Shown: positions 50,742-62,845 of the stretch, one piece after another
Layout of the letters: each line of letters opens with the position of its first letter
Position numbering within the stretch: the stretch's first letter is position 1
Assembly (NCBI GenBank): GCA_010405405.1
Contig: MU004240.1
Span: 386,316 to 450,315, forward strand
DNA: 64,000 bases
DNA from: Microthyrium microscopicum
Lineage: Eukaryota
Direction: 5' to 3'
Notes under the pieces: model-generated
What the model was told of the DNA's origin: nothing
The model's input: the letters and a program-made list of their open reading frames with translations, nothing else
The model's database searches: none
Made by a program: the position numbers and the translations under genes

Positions 50742-52663
50742 ATGGGCAGGCTCCTTTTAGCCTTGCCGCCTCGCTTTCTTCTGCGTCATGCCACTACCTG
50801 CATCGCCTCGAGGAAGCTCTATTCCTCATCAACCTCCCAGACATTTAATCGGAAAGCAGATCCTCTGCGGATCCTGTTCTGTGGATCAGACACCTTCAGC
50901 ATTGTTGCTTTGCGCCCACTAGTTCGGCTTTTGGAGACTGATCCTTCCATTGTCGAGTCTATTGATGTATTATGTCGACCTCCCAAAAGGACAGGGCAGG
51001 GTCTGAAAGTACTCAAAGAGCGTAGGTCATACCATTCAAGTCTCGCTCGAGCCGCTGCTTCAGAGCTCGTATCTATATCAAAATTGAAGTAGCGCTGACT
51101 AAACCAGCCCCCGTCGGCTTGTTTGCAAAAACTGCCAATCTACCTCTTTATGAGCTCAATCATTTTGATCACTTCAATATCTCCAACTTAAGTGGAGTTC
51201 CCAATATCATTATCGCCGTCTCATTTGGCCTTCTCATTCCTGGCGAGATCATTGAGACCGCAAAATATGGGGGATTGAATGTTCATCCTTCGCTACTACC
51301 AGAGTAATCCTTCCTCTACATCCCATAAGCTTCTTTATCTAACAAGTCATGTAGTCTTCCTGGAGCAGCACCACTACATCACACAATTCTCAATCGGCGT
51401 ACCTGGACTGGAGTCACAGTACAGACTCTACACCCAACTAAATTTGACCGTGGTGAACTGATAGCCCAAACACCGCTACCTGGCATCCCGGTACCTAGAG
51501 ATGCCACGCCAGACAGTCTTAGATACCTATCAGGTCTTGAGGCTGGTCATCTCCTACGAAAAGTCGTTGAAGAAAAGCTGTTTGTTGACCCGATAAACCC
51601 AGTTGTACACACAAAGGCGCAGCTGTCTCAGATCACTGACGGCAAAGAAATAGCCAAAGCGTCCAAACTCAGCAAGGAAAGTTCTCGCATCGACTGGAAG
51701 GAAATGACTGCAGCAGAAATTACTCTGGCGCTCCAAGTCTTTGGCCGTGTTTGGGAGGAGGATATACTCGTTAAACGGGCGAAATTCGGATTGGAGAGCA
51801 AACCATGGAGGGCTGTCTACCATGATCTAAGGGACATTTCCAATCGTCCGAGATCTTATATTCCAGAAGGCACAGACCTGACTCCTGGATCTCGGTTTCT
51901 AGTCCCGTCAAACCATCCAGAATCACCAGCGGATGTTGTTGTTGCCACCAAAGAAGGTGGTCTCATCCAAATTATAGATTGTACAGTTGCAGGCCTGAGC
52001 CGTGGCGAACACAGTATGAGAAGGCTACGCAAGCCGGAAACCCATATTAGTTTGATCAGGAAGAAGCCCAGTGTTAATCCGCTAGACAAGCTGGACAAAT
52101 TGGGTGGTTCTACCAGTCTCGTCAGGAAGACTGAGTATGATATCGACCCGCTAACCAACGCTCCTTACAGTATCAACATATTTCGCAAGTTACAGCCATC
52201 TCCGATTCGAGTGACGGCCCATTCAGAGCTTTCAGCAAAAGCTCGAGCAGGTCTTCGGAGGAAACAAAATCATCTGCGAACGGTGGAACAGATTGCCCGC
52301 TATAACCCGCCACAACAAGCTCTGTCGAAGCTTCAAGAGAAGCAAAAATATCCGAGAGTGCTGGAAACAATGCTAAACGACATGGCAAAAGCGGGAGAGC
52401 TTGAGATGGAGAATGAAGAGAACGGGCAGGAGCAAAAAGCTGCTATATTGTTGGAACAAATGCTGGAAAAAATGTCAGAGATGGGAGACACTTTTGAAGA
52501 GCGCCAGAACACGGGAAAGGAGCAAGATCCTTTAGTAATGCTGCAACAAGTTGCCTCTTCAAAAGAGTCAGCAACGACTCGAGCATTTATGAAAGGGACG
52601 CTGGACAGGCAGCAGATGATCAATAATTGGATCAAGAAGCGGGAAAAGAGAAGGAAGCAGTAA
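50742..52663 (+). CDS. FMT1: Mitochondrial methionyl-tRNA formyltransferase with a long C-terminal extension (exons about 50742-51021, 51109-51303, 51355-52663)
   Basis: LRILFCGSDTFS, IIAVSFG, GGLNVHPSLLP|DLPGAAPLHHTI, TGVTVQTLHPTKFDRG. Confidence 0.9.
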
Positions 52664-53420
52664 AGCACGCTGGAAAGAGTCGAAGAACGAAATAAGGCGA
52701 AGTCGGGAACTCCATTCTCTCGGCAACTGTCATTAAACCCAAGGGACTTTCCTGACGGGCCAAACGATCAAGAGACTATTGTCAAAAAATGAGAGAACTA
52801 CGTACGACACCAGGGTCTCGACCGTCGAAGATACATAAGGTAGTTCAACGGAGCCCATTTCCAGGCACATGTTCAGTACTTGCGCTTCTATCTACCACGA
52901 CGGCCCAACATATACAGAAATCAAATCCAAGCTCATCGGCTACTATGACAGGAATCGGTAATCTCGTCGATATCTCTTTCAGATCAATGCATTCGAAACT
53001 GTAGGTTCATAAAACTCCATCAGCAGACATAAAGGTAGCATAGGCTGAACACAATACGCATGGTCAGAGAGCTACCAACTCAAGCCGGTTCTCGTTTTAC
53101 TTGATATTTCGACACATGGGTTGAAGATTTTGTGTTCCATTTAGCACTTTGGCACTCAATATTGTTTTGAGGAGTGCCTCAAAAGCGGTGTAGGAGGACA
53201 AGTAACACGGATACAAAATGGCAATCGTTGAGTACATGTATGTTGTACCCTCTGCAACTGAACATATCACAGATCCATGATTTGCACATTCTGCTAGTTC
53301 GCTTGAACTCCAACCATTCAGATGGGTCCATCTGATCATTCATTCGTTCAGTATCCCCGTCTAGCGTTCACTATCGCGTATTCCGACTCGTCACCCATTG
53401 TACCGGTTTTCATTTTCCGA

Positions 53421-53460
53421 ATTTCCCACAGTTTCCCCAGGTTTCTCCAGATTCCCCAGA
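53421..53460 (-). promoter_or_regulatory. Tandem approximately 10-bp repeats containing three CreA/Mig1-type SYGGRG sites
   Basis: CTGGGG (53435-40), CTGGAG (53445-50) and CTGGGG (53454-59) on the minus strand, each with an A-rich flank, about 320 bp upstream of the sugar transporter ATG. Confidence 0.55.
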
Positions 53461-53777
53461 TTCACTAGTCGCTACTACTCACTAGCATAAGGCGGCTTGA
53501 CTAGTCCATAATATCATGGAACTTCGGCACACTTATGAAGCAACTGGAATGGTAGGGGAGTCAGTGTCTCTGCCTGTCTGGAGCATTCAATATATTGGAC
53601 CCCTGAACACAGCAGTATGAGTGATTGATTCGATAGATAGGATTGGAAGAAACGGGAAATGATAAGCAGCATGCCGTAAAATGATTTTCCTAAGGAGATT
53701 ATGAATAGACCCAAAGCTGCCAAGCCATTCATGCCGCTGCTCAATTGAAACTATCCATTTCATTGATATCTCTAATA

Positions 53778-55541
53778 ATGGGTCGGTACTTTGCAAATGT
53801 TTTTCAGGCGGCTGTAAGTGCACCACTTTACTTCCATATTATATACTGATTCAACTATAGGTCGTGCCTTTCGTGGCTCTAGGTGGTTGGACATATGGTT
53901 TCGCGTTTGCTATCTTCGTATGTCGTTCACTCGCAACTATCACCAAGTCATGTCCTTTGTTATTGACCCTCTTCTCTCTTGCAGATCACTGCCATCGGCC
54001 AACCAGGCTTCTATGCCTATTTCAAGCTCGACCCTACAAGTGCCTACACAGCTTCAATCCTTGGTGCTGTCAACTCGCTCTTCGCTGCCGGCTGTGCGGT
54101 TGGATGTATAGCACAAGGATGGATCGGAGATTGGCTCGGTCGCAAAAAGGCTATTGTCATCAGTCAGTTACTTGCACTGATTGGCGGGGCACTTTGTGCT
54201 GGTGCAATCAATTTGCCAATGTTGATTGTCAATCGCTTCATCCAGGGTGCCGGTCTTGGTCAGAGTCTCATGTTGGTCTCGTTGTACACCAGTGAGGTCT
54301 CAAATAAGTACAATCGAGGATTTCTGAGTGGGTTGACGGCCTGTTCGTTGGCGATGGGCTATGTCTGGTCCGTTCTTTGGCAGTAAAATTCCGCAAAACA
54401 TACTGACTCATTCACAGCTCAAGTTTTGTTGGATTCGGCACTTTCTTCTCCAAGAACCTCTTGTAAGTGGTCACACTCTAGCTATTCAAGTCATTATCTA
54501 AGACTGGTATAGAATCCAATGGCGGCTACCACTCGCACTTGCCTGCATCTCTCCGGTTGTTTCGCTGCTAGGCATCTACTGGATTCCCGAGTCCCCTCGA
54601 TTCCTCGTGTGGAAAGACCGGAAAGACGAAGCCTGGGCAATCCTTCGCAAGCTCCATTACAACTCCCTCGATCCGGAAGAAGAAGAGGCAAGAGCAGAAT
54701 TTCAGCAGATCGTGCTCCAAATTGAATTTGAGAAATCCCAAGAAGTATCCTATATCCGTATGTTCAAAGTACCATCCTGGCGCCGACGAAGCTTGACCGC
54801 CATATTTCTCCTATTTGCCACGCAATGTACTGGTATTCTCGGCGTCGGAAACTTCCAGATCTTGCTTTACGACAGCCTGGGACTGACGGGCTATCTTCCG
54901 CTCCTATTCTACTGCTTCTATACGCTCATTGGCACGATTCCTAACTTCATCTCTACTGCACTTATGGACCGCGTTGGTCGACGCAGATTTCTTCGTAAGT
55001 GTTCATTAGCCAATAATACATCTTCTCCTAACTCAGCATTCTAGTCATCGGTTACCCACTTCTTACCGTTACGCTCATCATCGAAATGGTTCTTCAGCGA
55101 TTTTACGTTGGTAGCACCTCGAAAGCGGGCGGAGCCGCCACTGTCGCCATACTATGGATATACGTCGGTATCTACGGATTGTGCATCGATCCTATTCAAT
55201 TCACCTATGTTGCCGAGATCTTTCCAACAGCCCTGCGAGCAAAAGGCGTCGGCATGGGACTGGCAGCATACTTCCTTGGCGCGATCACATTCACGGCGCC
55301 AGCAGCGACCGCGGCTCGTACAATCGGATGGAAGGAATACTTTGTGTTTATTGGATGTAATTTGATCAGCATTGTGATCATTTACTTCTACGTTCCTGAG
55401 ACGGCTAATTTGAGCCTGGAGGAGGTTGGAGAATTGTTTGGCGATGAGGTTGTGGTGCATTTGACTGCGGATGGTCATGGCATTGTAGAGACGGAGAAGG
55501 TTGCTGAGATTGAGCATAAAGAACATGTTAAAGAAGCTTGA
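53778..55541 (+). CDS. MFS sugar porter family transporter, multi-exon
   Basis: DWLGRKKAI, RFIQGAGLG, YTSEVS, PESPRFL, MDRVGRRRF, YVAEIFPTALRAKG, VPETANLSLEEVGELFGD. Confidence 0.92.
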
Positions 55542-55968
55542 AGGAACCAGATTGATGTTTAAAAAAACCTGTTTATCGATCATTATGTCGAAACTACTAG
55601 TACCTTACAAACTTCCAAAATAATACTAGAACAAGGGATAGAGTCTTCTATCAACATCCGGCAATCGTGAGGTTGGTTGCCTTCTTCTCGAAAGTCTTTT
55701 GTAATAATACGCAATCAGCATCTTGATGGCGCATTACTTCTTCAGATCAGATCCACAGCGCTTAAGAATGCACTGCAATTTTAGCTTCAGCAGGCAACTT
55801 GTGTTGCCATTTTGATCTTCAGTCGTTAGCTCACAGCTCAATGTGGGAGCTATCCAAAATTTATACCACCTCCAAAACCTCCCAACATCAGGTACCACTT
55901 CCATCATTCTCTTTAAAACATCCACCACCAGCAAACACTTACACACCCACTCTAAAGTCCAAATCGCC

Positions 55969-56666
55969 ATGCCAAAAACATACATAGTCGAGCATCTCGA
56001 CCCAGAACTCGAAGCCTGGAGTGCTCTCGAATATGCCGCCATTGCGCGCGAATCTCACGCCTCAAACTCAACATTCATGCTCTCCTCTGTGCCCACCACC
56101 CTCGTTCTCCCCAACAAGTTACGCGATGCTGAAGGATTTGTAGTGTCGCATGAGAGTGTGGAATCACTATATCCCGACAAGAGCAAGGTCTGTCTACTGG
56201 ACCCCGCAGCCACCACGGAGCTTGCGCCGGAGGATGGGAAGAAATTCGAGGTGTTTCTATTTGGCGGGATCTTGGGGGATGATCCTCCGCGAGGTAAGTA
56301 CTAGATTTTGGCTACGGCTAGAGATGTGAGAGCACAAAAGGAAGTGATGTAGACGAGTTTGTGCTCATATCAAACACAGATCGCACAAGTGAGTTGAGGA
56401 AGAAGGGATTTGAAGGAAGACGGCTAGGACCTGTGCAGATGACGACGGATACAGCGGTACGGGTGACAAGATTGGTGGTCGAGGGTAAGAAGGCGTTGGA
56501 AGGGATTGAGTGGGTGGACAATCCAGAGTTGAAGTTTGGGAAGCATGAGAGTACGACGATGCCTTTTCGGTATGTCAAGGCGCAGAATGGAGGACCCGTT
56601 ATGCCGGAGGGTATGATCGATTTGATCAAGGACGATGCTGCAAAGGGGTTGGATGATTTGTTATGA
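55969..56666 (+). CDS. SFM1: SPOUT-family SAM-dependent methyltransferase Sfm1 (intron about 56294-56379)
   Basis: YIVEHLDPE..WSALEY, VCLLDPAA, FLFGGILGDDPPR|DRTSELR, RRLGPVQMTTDTAV, MPFRYV. Confidence 0.92.
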
Positions 56667-56953
56667 TCAAGATGACCAGTGAAAGATAAGCAGCTAGATA
56701 CACTTTTGGACATTGATATTTGACACTGCTGCCTTCGGTTTCATTACTGAAGTCAAATTAGACACATGTTAATTATAGAAGGCGACCTTGGAAGTCCACC
56801 AGAAGATTACAGCAAGGGGCCATGTTGGTCAATTTGAAAAGTAAAATCTGATAGAAACAGTTGATATTACTCAACACGACAACCACCAAGGACTAGCAAT
56901 TTGGACCTCATACTGAGCACCAATCCACTATTTTGACATGATTATGACAATTC

Positions 56954-58003
56954 TTATTCCGCGTAATATCCCGCCTGAACTTCTCCCGCTAGCACACGCT
57001 CAACCATCTCCTGAAGACTGTCCTTTTTAACATTCAGAATTTCGTTAAACAGACCGTCCTTTTCGTCAACTTCATAGTGATTGTGTAATCCAGGTAAATT
57101 TGACCAAAATGCAGCCTTGACTAGAGTAAATGCGCCAGAGAAGTCGCCTTTGCCAAGAGCCTCTTGAGCAGCGCCGAGCTGCTCAGTGGTTGTTGTATGT
57201 TTCACCGTCCACTTAGTGAAAGTCGCTTTCTCCAAAGCCTGCAAGATCTCATTCTGTGTTGTAGCCAAGGAGGAGATGTAGATGAACTTGTTGGCTGTTT
57301 CAGTTGGATGCTCGAGACTAGCTACAATAGCTTTGCCCAAAACATCTTCACTGACTGAGCTGAAGCGCGTTTCGCCGTCATCCCAAATGACTGCTCTTTT
57401 GGAAGTCAAGTCAAAACCTGCAAACCCGTTCGCCAAGGACTAGTCTTGGGTCAGTCCCAAAGAATCAAATCAGAACACAGATGGCTGTTTACTTACCCAG
57501 TCTAGTAATGGTCCAACGATGAGTGCCGTCCAGGTCAAACCATCCTTCTCCTTTTCAATCAGATAGTCAATGACACCTTGCTTCACAGCAAAGAAAGGGA
57601 CCAGCTGCTTCACAGTAGCACTCTGATCATTGACGCTAAACTCGCTGGGATAGAAGCGCTTGACTCCGGCTTTGACGGCCGCATCGATGAAGGTATTTTG
57701 TTCTCCGAAAGCTGTTCCTCCGACGATGGAGATGACCGCATCATGATCTTTCAGGATTTGTACAAGTGCGTCTGGGGCATAGTCGGTCTCAACAACACTG
57801 AGGTTGGGCGCTGATGGGAAGGCGAAGGTACTGCTAGGTCGTTTAAGGGCAGTGATTGACAGATGTGGTGCGGAAAGAAGACCACGCAAGATGATACTGC
57901 CTACTGAACCACCTCCCTACGCTCAAAGTTAGCCGTAAGCTTGGTTAAGATAGGAAAAGACTGGACGTACGCCAATGATTGCGATCTTTTGTAAAGACGA
58001 CAT
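56954..58003 (-). CDS. NmrA-like / CipA-type NAD(P)-binding oxidoreductase, 3 exons
   Basis: MSSLQKIAIIG|GGGSVG, DAVISIVG, IDAAVKAGVKRFYPSEF, GPLLDW. Confidence 0.88.
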
Positions 58004-58388
58004 GACCCAGTTTCTGACAATCGGAAGATTTGTTTGGAGAATCGGTGATGAAGTAAAGGATGAAATGTGAAAGATGATGAATGTACTGATTCCATGTTGG
58101 AAGAGAACGATTTACTTGTCTTATATACACGAAAATCTCGAGAATGATCACCACAACACTTAATAATGGTTTGATTTCAGAGCAGCAGCTTGATGTCAAG
58201 ATGGGGAGTTAGGAGTTGAGCCCGAGTTCTCTCGTAGTTGAGACCGAGAACCTTCGGAGTTGAAGCCGTGGAATAGGGGTCCAATCATACGCGCTGTTGA
58301 TCACAAATTGCAGGCACGGAGTTCGGAGTTCGGTCCGAAAACCTCGTAATGAACTTCATTTCTTCTCGCAATTCATCACACCCCTTTC

Positions 58389-60186
58389 ATGATCATGGCC
58401 ACATCTCTATCAGAGACCCAGAAGTCGGCTTGTCTAACATGCCATGAGAAGAAAATACGTTGTGACAGACTGACACCGTGCGGCCAGTGCTCAGAGCATC
58501 GTCGCGAATGCTTCTATTCGACAAACTCGCGATATGCTACAAGTCGCGAGCGATCCTGCAAGACATGCAGATTTCGAAGAGTCAGGTGTGATAGAGTTCA
58601 GCCTTGTGGTACATGTACCGCGAATGGAATTCAGTGCCTTTATCCTAATGGCAAGACACGCAATTCTGGGAACAAAACACGTCCAGAAGCACCACGCCAA
58701 ACAATCGACATGCCTGGAAATTTGCAGAGTGTTCAGGTGGATTCTACAAGCCTGAATTCGGCCCAGAGCAGCCCGTCCCTGTATTCGACTACGCTTTTGG
58801 GCATGGATGTCGTCTCTATAAACACGATAGCCTTACACCCAAGCATAGCGCATGTATGGTTGCTGTGGGATATTTTCATGGAGAGAGTAGAACCGCTATT
58901 TAAGCTCTTTCATGCGCCATCATTTCACAAGCAGCTCCTTTCGGCTATACAAGACTTCGAATCAATAGACCACGAGTTTGAGACTTTGCTGTTTGCTGTA
59001 TACTTTTCAGCAACCGTAGTTCTTGATGATGGCGAATGCCTCGTCAAATTCAAGCAATCTAAAGTATCGCTATTGAATAGGCAAGTCATCTGTCTAGATT
59101 AAGAGATTATGGCACTCATCGTAGAACAGGTATCGATTCGGTTTGGATCAGTGCCTTGCTCGCTCCCGATCTCAGGACCAGGTGTCGGTCGTCCAATTGC
59201 AAGCACTCACACTATTCATGATGATGGTGCATTACTCGCCCATCTCGGCCCCTATCGACACTCTTCTCGCATTAGCAACTGGCCAGGCATTTCGACTCGG
59301 TATCCACCAAGAATCATCACAGCTGTCTCACTCGACCACAATGGGTGCACGTACCTCTATAGAAATGCGACGACGACTTTGGTGGCACATCATGACGTTG
59401 GATATCCAGTGTGCTGCATATAATAAGAAAAGTCCCATGGTATCTGATGCCATGTGGAACACGAAGTTTCCAGGAACCTTCAATGACAACGAACTTACAA
59501 TGAGCAACTCATCAATACCACCGCCAACAAGCCAAATCTTCGATGCAGACACAGTCATGATGGGTTCTAGTAATTCTCATGGCGAAGATCTGGAAAACCG
59601 TCGAGCAGACAACTCTTTCTCTTTGTCGAGGATAGAGATAATATACGCTCTGAGTGTAATCGAAAGACTCGCTACCTCCTCTAGGTTCACTGAACGAGTC
59701 AAATATACCGACGAGCTGGTACAAAAGCTCAACAAAAAGTACTTGCAGCTTTGGACCGGCAATGACACACAGAGCTTTTTCGAAAGAAATGCGTTGAAGT
59801 TGATGCTGAGCAAGTTACTGCTATCCGCCAAAGGGGACGTTCCAACCCAAGAGATACTACAACAATGTGCGGTGGTTGCTGAAGCAGCGGCATCATTACG
59901 CATGACATATCCCAGTTGTGCCTGGCTACTAAGACAATCAGTGGAACTAGAGAATCTCGAACTCCTGTGGAAATGCTTAGCCACACTACCAGAGAATATG
60001 AGTGCAAATCCACCGTATGTTTGGGCATTGGCAGAGTCAGCGACAAAGAGCGGAGAGAGAGACGATATGGCAGCGTGTTACCCTCATCAATGGGAACGTA
60101 TAATAGAATTGCGTGATCGTGCTATGCAAGTTCGAGCCACTCGAAGGCCAGGAGGCAGCAGAGCTGATGCTGTAGTCGTGGAATAA
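58389..60186 (+). CDS. Zn(II)2Cys6 transcription factor with two tandem zinc clusters and a fungal TF middle-homology domain (intron about 59082-59129)
   Basis: CLTCHEKKIRCDRLTPCGQC...C and CKTCRFRRVRCDRVQPCGTC...C; VEPLFKLFHAPS; EMRRRLWWHIMTLD. Confidence 0.92.
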
Positions 60187-61186
60187 AAGATCGTAAAAAG
60201 AGCACGACTCTTTGTCGAATCACTCAATAGGATCCACGTTGTTCTTTGTCACGGGGAGGCTACCCGGTTTGAACCGTAGGATTGGCACTGTTGGTTCGAC
60301 AGTAGTAGATGTTTCCATCACAAACCAGCTGATACCAATTGAAGAGCCCGAAAATTGCTCTTTATAAACAACCATTTCGCGTGAGGGAAGAACTTTAAAG
60401 CATAAAGTGGATCTAGTTTAAGGTTGAAACATTGTAAAGCTTCAACATGTACACGATAGCCGATTTTTTGGGAGTATAGTTTGTTGGCTTTGTTTACCCC
60501 TGGACCAGAGGCTCCAATTTTAATGATGTCTTCCACAAAGTCAGGTCAGTCTATGTCTTGACTCCTGAAGCTATACATTTGTTCGCTCAGGCCCTTCTGC
60601 AGAAGCATTTTGTCTAACTCAGCGAAAAGAAGTGTTCCAATCGCAAGGCTGTGATAGGCTTCAAGGATAGTGGCTCGTCTGGGATCACTACAGCGCTCTG
60701 ATGCTTTTCGATAGAATTCCTGCCAGATGTTGGGGTCCTATGAATGTGGATTATGATTTCGAAAGGCACTTGACCAGAAAGGTCACAGAATGGATGGTAG
60801 ATGCAGGCTTATAAGATAGATTGCGGAGCGTATTGTTCCTGTGGCGGAGAAGCACTGGAGTCCATTCCTTCCGCAAGTGTTCTATGTGCAGAAATGGTTC
60901 CTAGTAGTGTATCTGCAAAACAGATATGGACATCATCCTGCAGATATGGGTGACCAAATTCGAGAATCTTGCCACTTCCCACAGGTGAATCAACGTCTCA
61001 TGTACGTGAACACCTGCTTGCATATGCGCCAACATTGCCGATGGCTGTAGATCTGAACATGATTATTTGGATATCGTAGGTTTATTTCATGCAGTCGCAA
61101 AGTCCATATTCTGTAACAGATGCCGCTATACCGCGAACAGTCTCGATCCAAGGACATGTATATACAAGTCATTTCGCACGTGGATA

Positions 61187-62845
61187 TCACATCCTCCTAG
61201 ATCTTGGGTCCAAAGCCTCGTTCATCTTGAACTCCCTACCCTCCTTCGTTCTCAAACTCCCGCCACCGCCCTCTTGTCTTCTCTCCCATCCGCCAAGCCT
61301 CACGACCATTACTGTGCAATTGTCACCATCCGAGCTGACTTCGGTCGCAAAGCTCACCAGATCACGCGCCCCTTGCTCTGGCGTTCGAGCCTCCTTGACG
61401 ATATCCACAATCTCTTGGTCGCTCAATTGGCCACTGACGCCATCGGTCATCATCACCATGAAGCTGTATTGCGCGGCGTTGACTTCTACACGCAAGATCT
61501 CAGGCTCGGCGCTGACGCCGATGCGCTTGGAGGGCATATCGCCAAACGAGCGCGTGTTGGCTAGACCGCCCACTCGCTCTTCGCCAAACGAGTCGGTAAC
61601 GAAGGTCGCGGCATAACGACGCATACGCTGGGCTTCTAATGGATGGTTTGGGTGGTGAGTTTCTGTCACTGGAATTGCGGTTCCGCTGCCAGTATCGCAT
61701 AGCAAGATGCGGGTGTCACCGCAGTGCGCAGTGATGATAGTGGACGTTGCAGCAGGATGCCAGAAGGGTGTCGGCGTAGGAGTCGAAATAAGAGCAACGC
61801 TGCAAGTACTTCCACCCAAGAAGCGTTTTGGTCCGCCAATTGGGTTGGCAGTGCGAGATGGAGCGCCGAGAATTTCGTTCGCGTTGATGGCAGCATCGTC
61901 ACCGCTGGTGTTTTCTTTCGCGACTTGAGCAGCGATGAAATCGTAGTCTGCTTTGAGAAAGGCGTACTCAAGTACCGTCTCAATACAAACCGTCTGCTGA
62001 GGCGGAGGCAGGTGCTTTTGAACCTCGACAAGTTCGTGACCTTTCAGCTCGTGAGGTATCAAGTAGTGATAATTTCCATCCGAGTTTGTCGAAAAGTACT
62101 CTGGTCGAAAGCGTCGAAAATATCCACCCACCAGATCCTTCCAGCCTTTCACCAGCGCCTGTTGCATCCTTACATTTTCCTGATCTGTCTTTTGCATGGC
62201 ATCTTTCTCCTCACCTTGCAACGGCACTTTTTCTTCAGGCCCATCCAAGCTCGAGGCGCTTTTCGGCAGGCTGGTCTTGAGCCCGAAAAGTTTTGCCGCC
62301 TCCTCTATGTATTCATGCAAACGATCCTTGAGGAAATCACTGCATTCGCTGCCTCCATGTCCATCAAATATGCCGAAATAAAACACTTGTGGGTCTCCTG
62401 TAACCGTGCTAGCCGGATTATCTGCTTGACCATCCGGTCGCCTCGCCGATACACTGCGCGGCCGACGCGTCGCAAAGGCGGGGAGCTCGATAGTACCCGC
62501 CTGGTATGTATCCTCGTTATATGGTCGCTGACCGCGGGAAAAATGCGCGCCAAAGTGATGTTTAGCACTACGAAGTGGGATACGGACTACTGTCAGATCG
62601 CGACTGACTCCAGTGACAGGTGATGTAGCGGCAGGTCGATTTGAGGCGGATGGATCGTGGGGTGTGGATTCATTGCGGGGGAGCTTATGGTGAGGTCCTA
62701 GAGGACGCGAATCGGGATGCTGTGAGGATGAAGGGAGATGAGTTGTGAAGTATTCGTGAAAGCGACGCGTTTGTATGGTTATTGGTAGGCGTGTAAAGAC
62801 GATATTGCCCAAGAAAAGACGTGATGGCTGGAGAGAGGTGGGCAT
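61187..62845 (-). CDS. PTC6: Mitochondrial PP2C phosphatase, Ptc6/Aup1-like
   Basis: RGQRPYNED, FGIFDGHGG, GGSTCS, AHCGDTR, LANTRSFGD, MTDGVS, GDNCT; presequence-like N-terminus. Confidence 0.88.
   Translation of the reverse strand: MPTSLQPSRLFLGNIVFTRLPITIQTRRFHEYFTTHLPSSSQHPDSRPLGPHHKLPRNESTPHDPSASNRPAATSPVTGVSRDLTVVRIPLRSAKHHFGAHFSRGQRPYNEDTYQAGTIELPAFATRRPRSVSARRPDGQADNPASTVTGDPQVFYFGIFDGHGGSECSDFLKDRLHEYIEEAAKLFGLKTSLPKSASSLDGPEEKVPLQGEEKDAMQKTDQENVRMQQALVKGWKDLVGGYFRRFRPEYFSTNSDGNYHYLIPHELKGHELVEVQKHLPPPQQTVCIETVLEYAFLKADYDFIAAQVAKENTSGDDAAINANEILGAPSRTANPIGGPKRFLGGSTCSVALISTPTPTPFWHPAATSTIITAHCGDTRILLCDTGSGTAIPVTETHHPNHPLEAQRMRRYAATFVTDSFGEERVGGLANTRSFGDMPSKRIGVSAEPEILRVEVNAAQYSFMVMMTDGVSGQLSDQEIVDIVKEARTPEQGARDLVSFATEVSSDGDNCTVMVVRLGGWERRQEGGGGSLRTKEGREFKMNEALDPRSRRM

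Noticed and set aside
61724..62623. 299-aa ORF antisense to PTC6, and similar antisense ORFs over ctsD, CCZ1 and pyrG
   Set aside because: Fully overlap well-supported genes on the opposite strand; no motifs.
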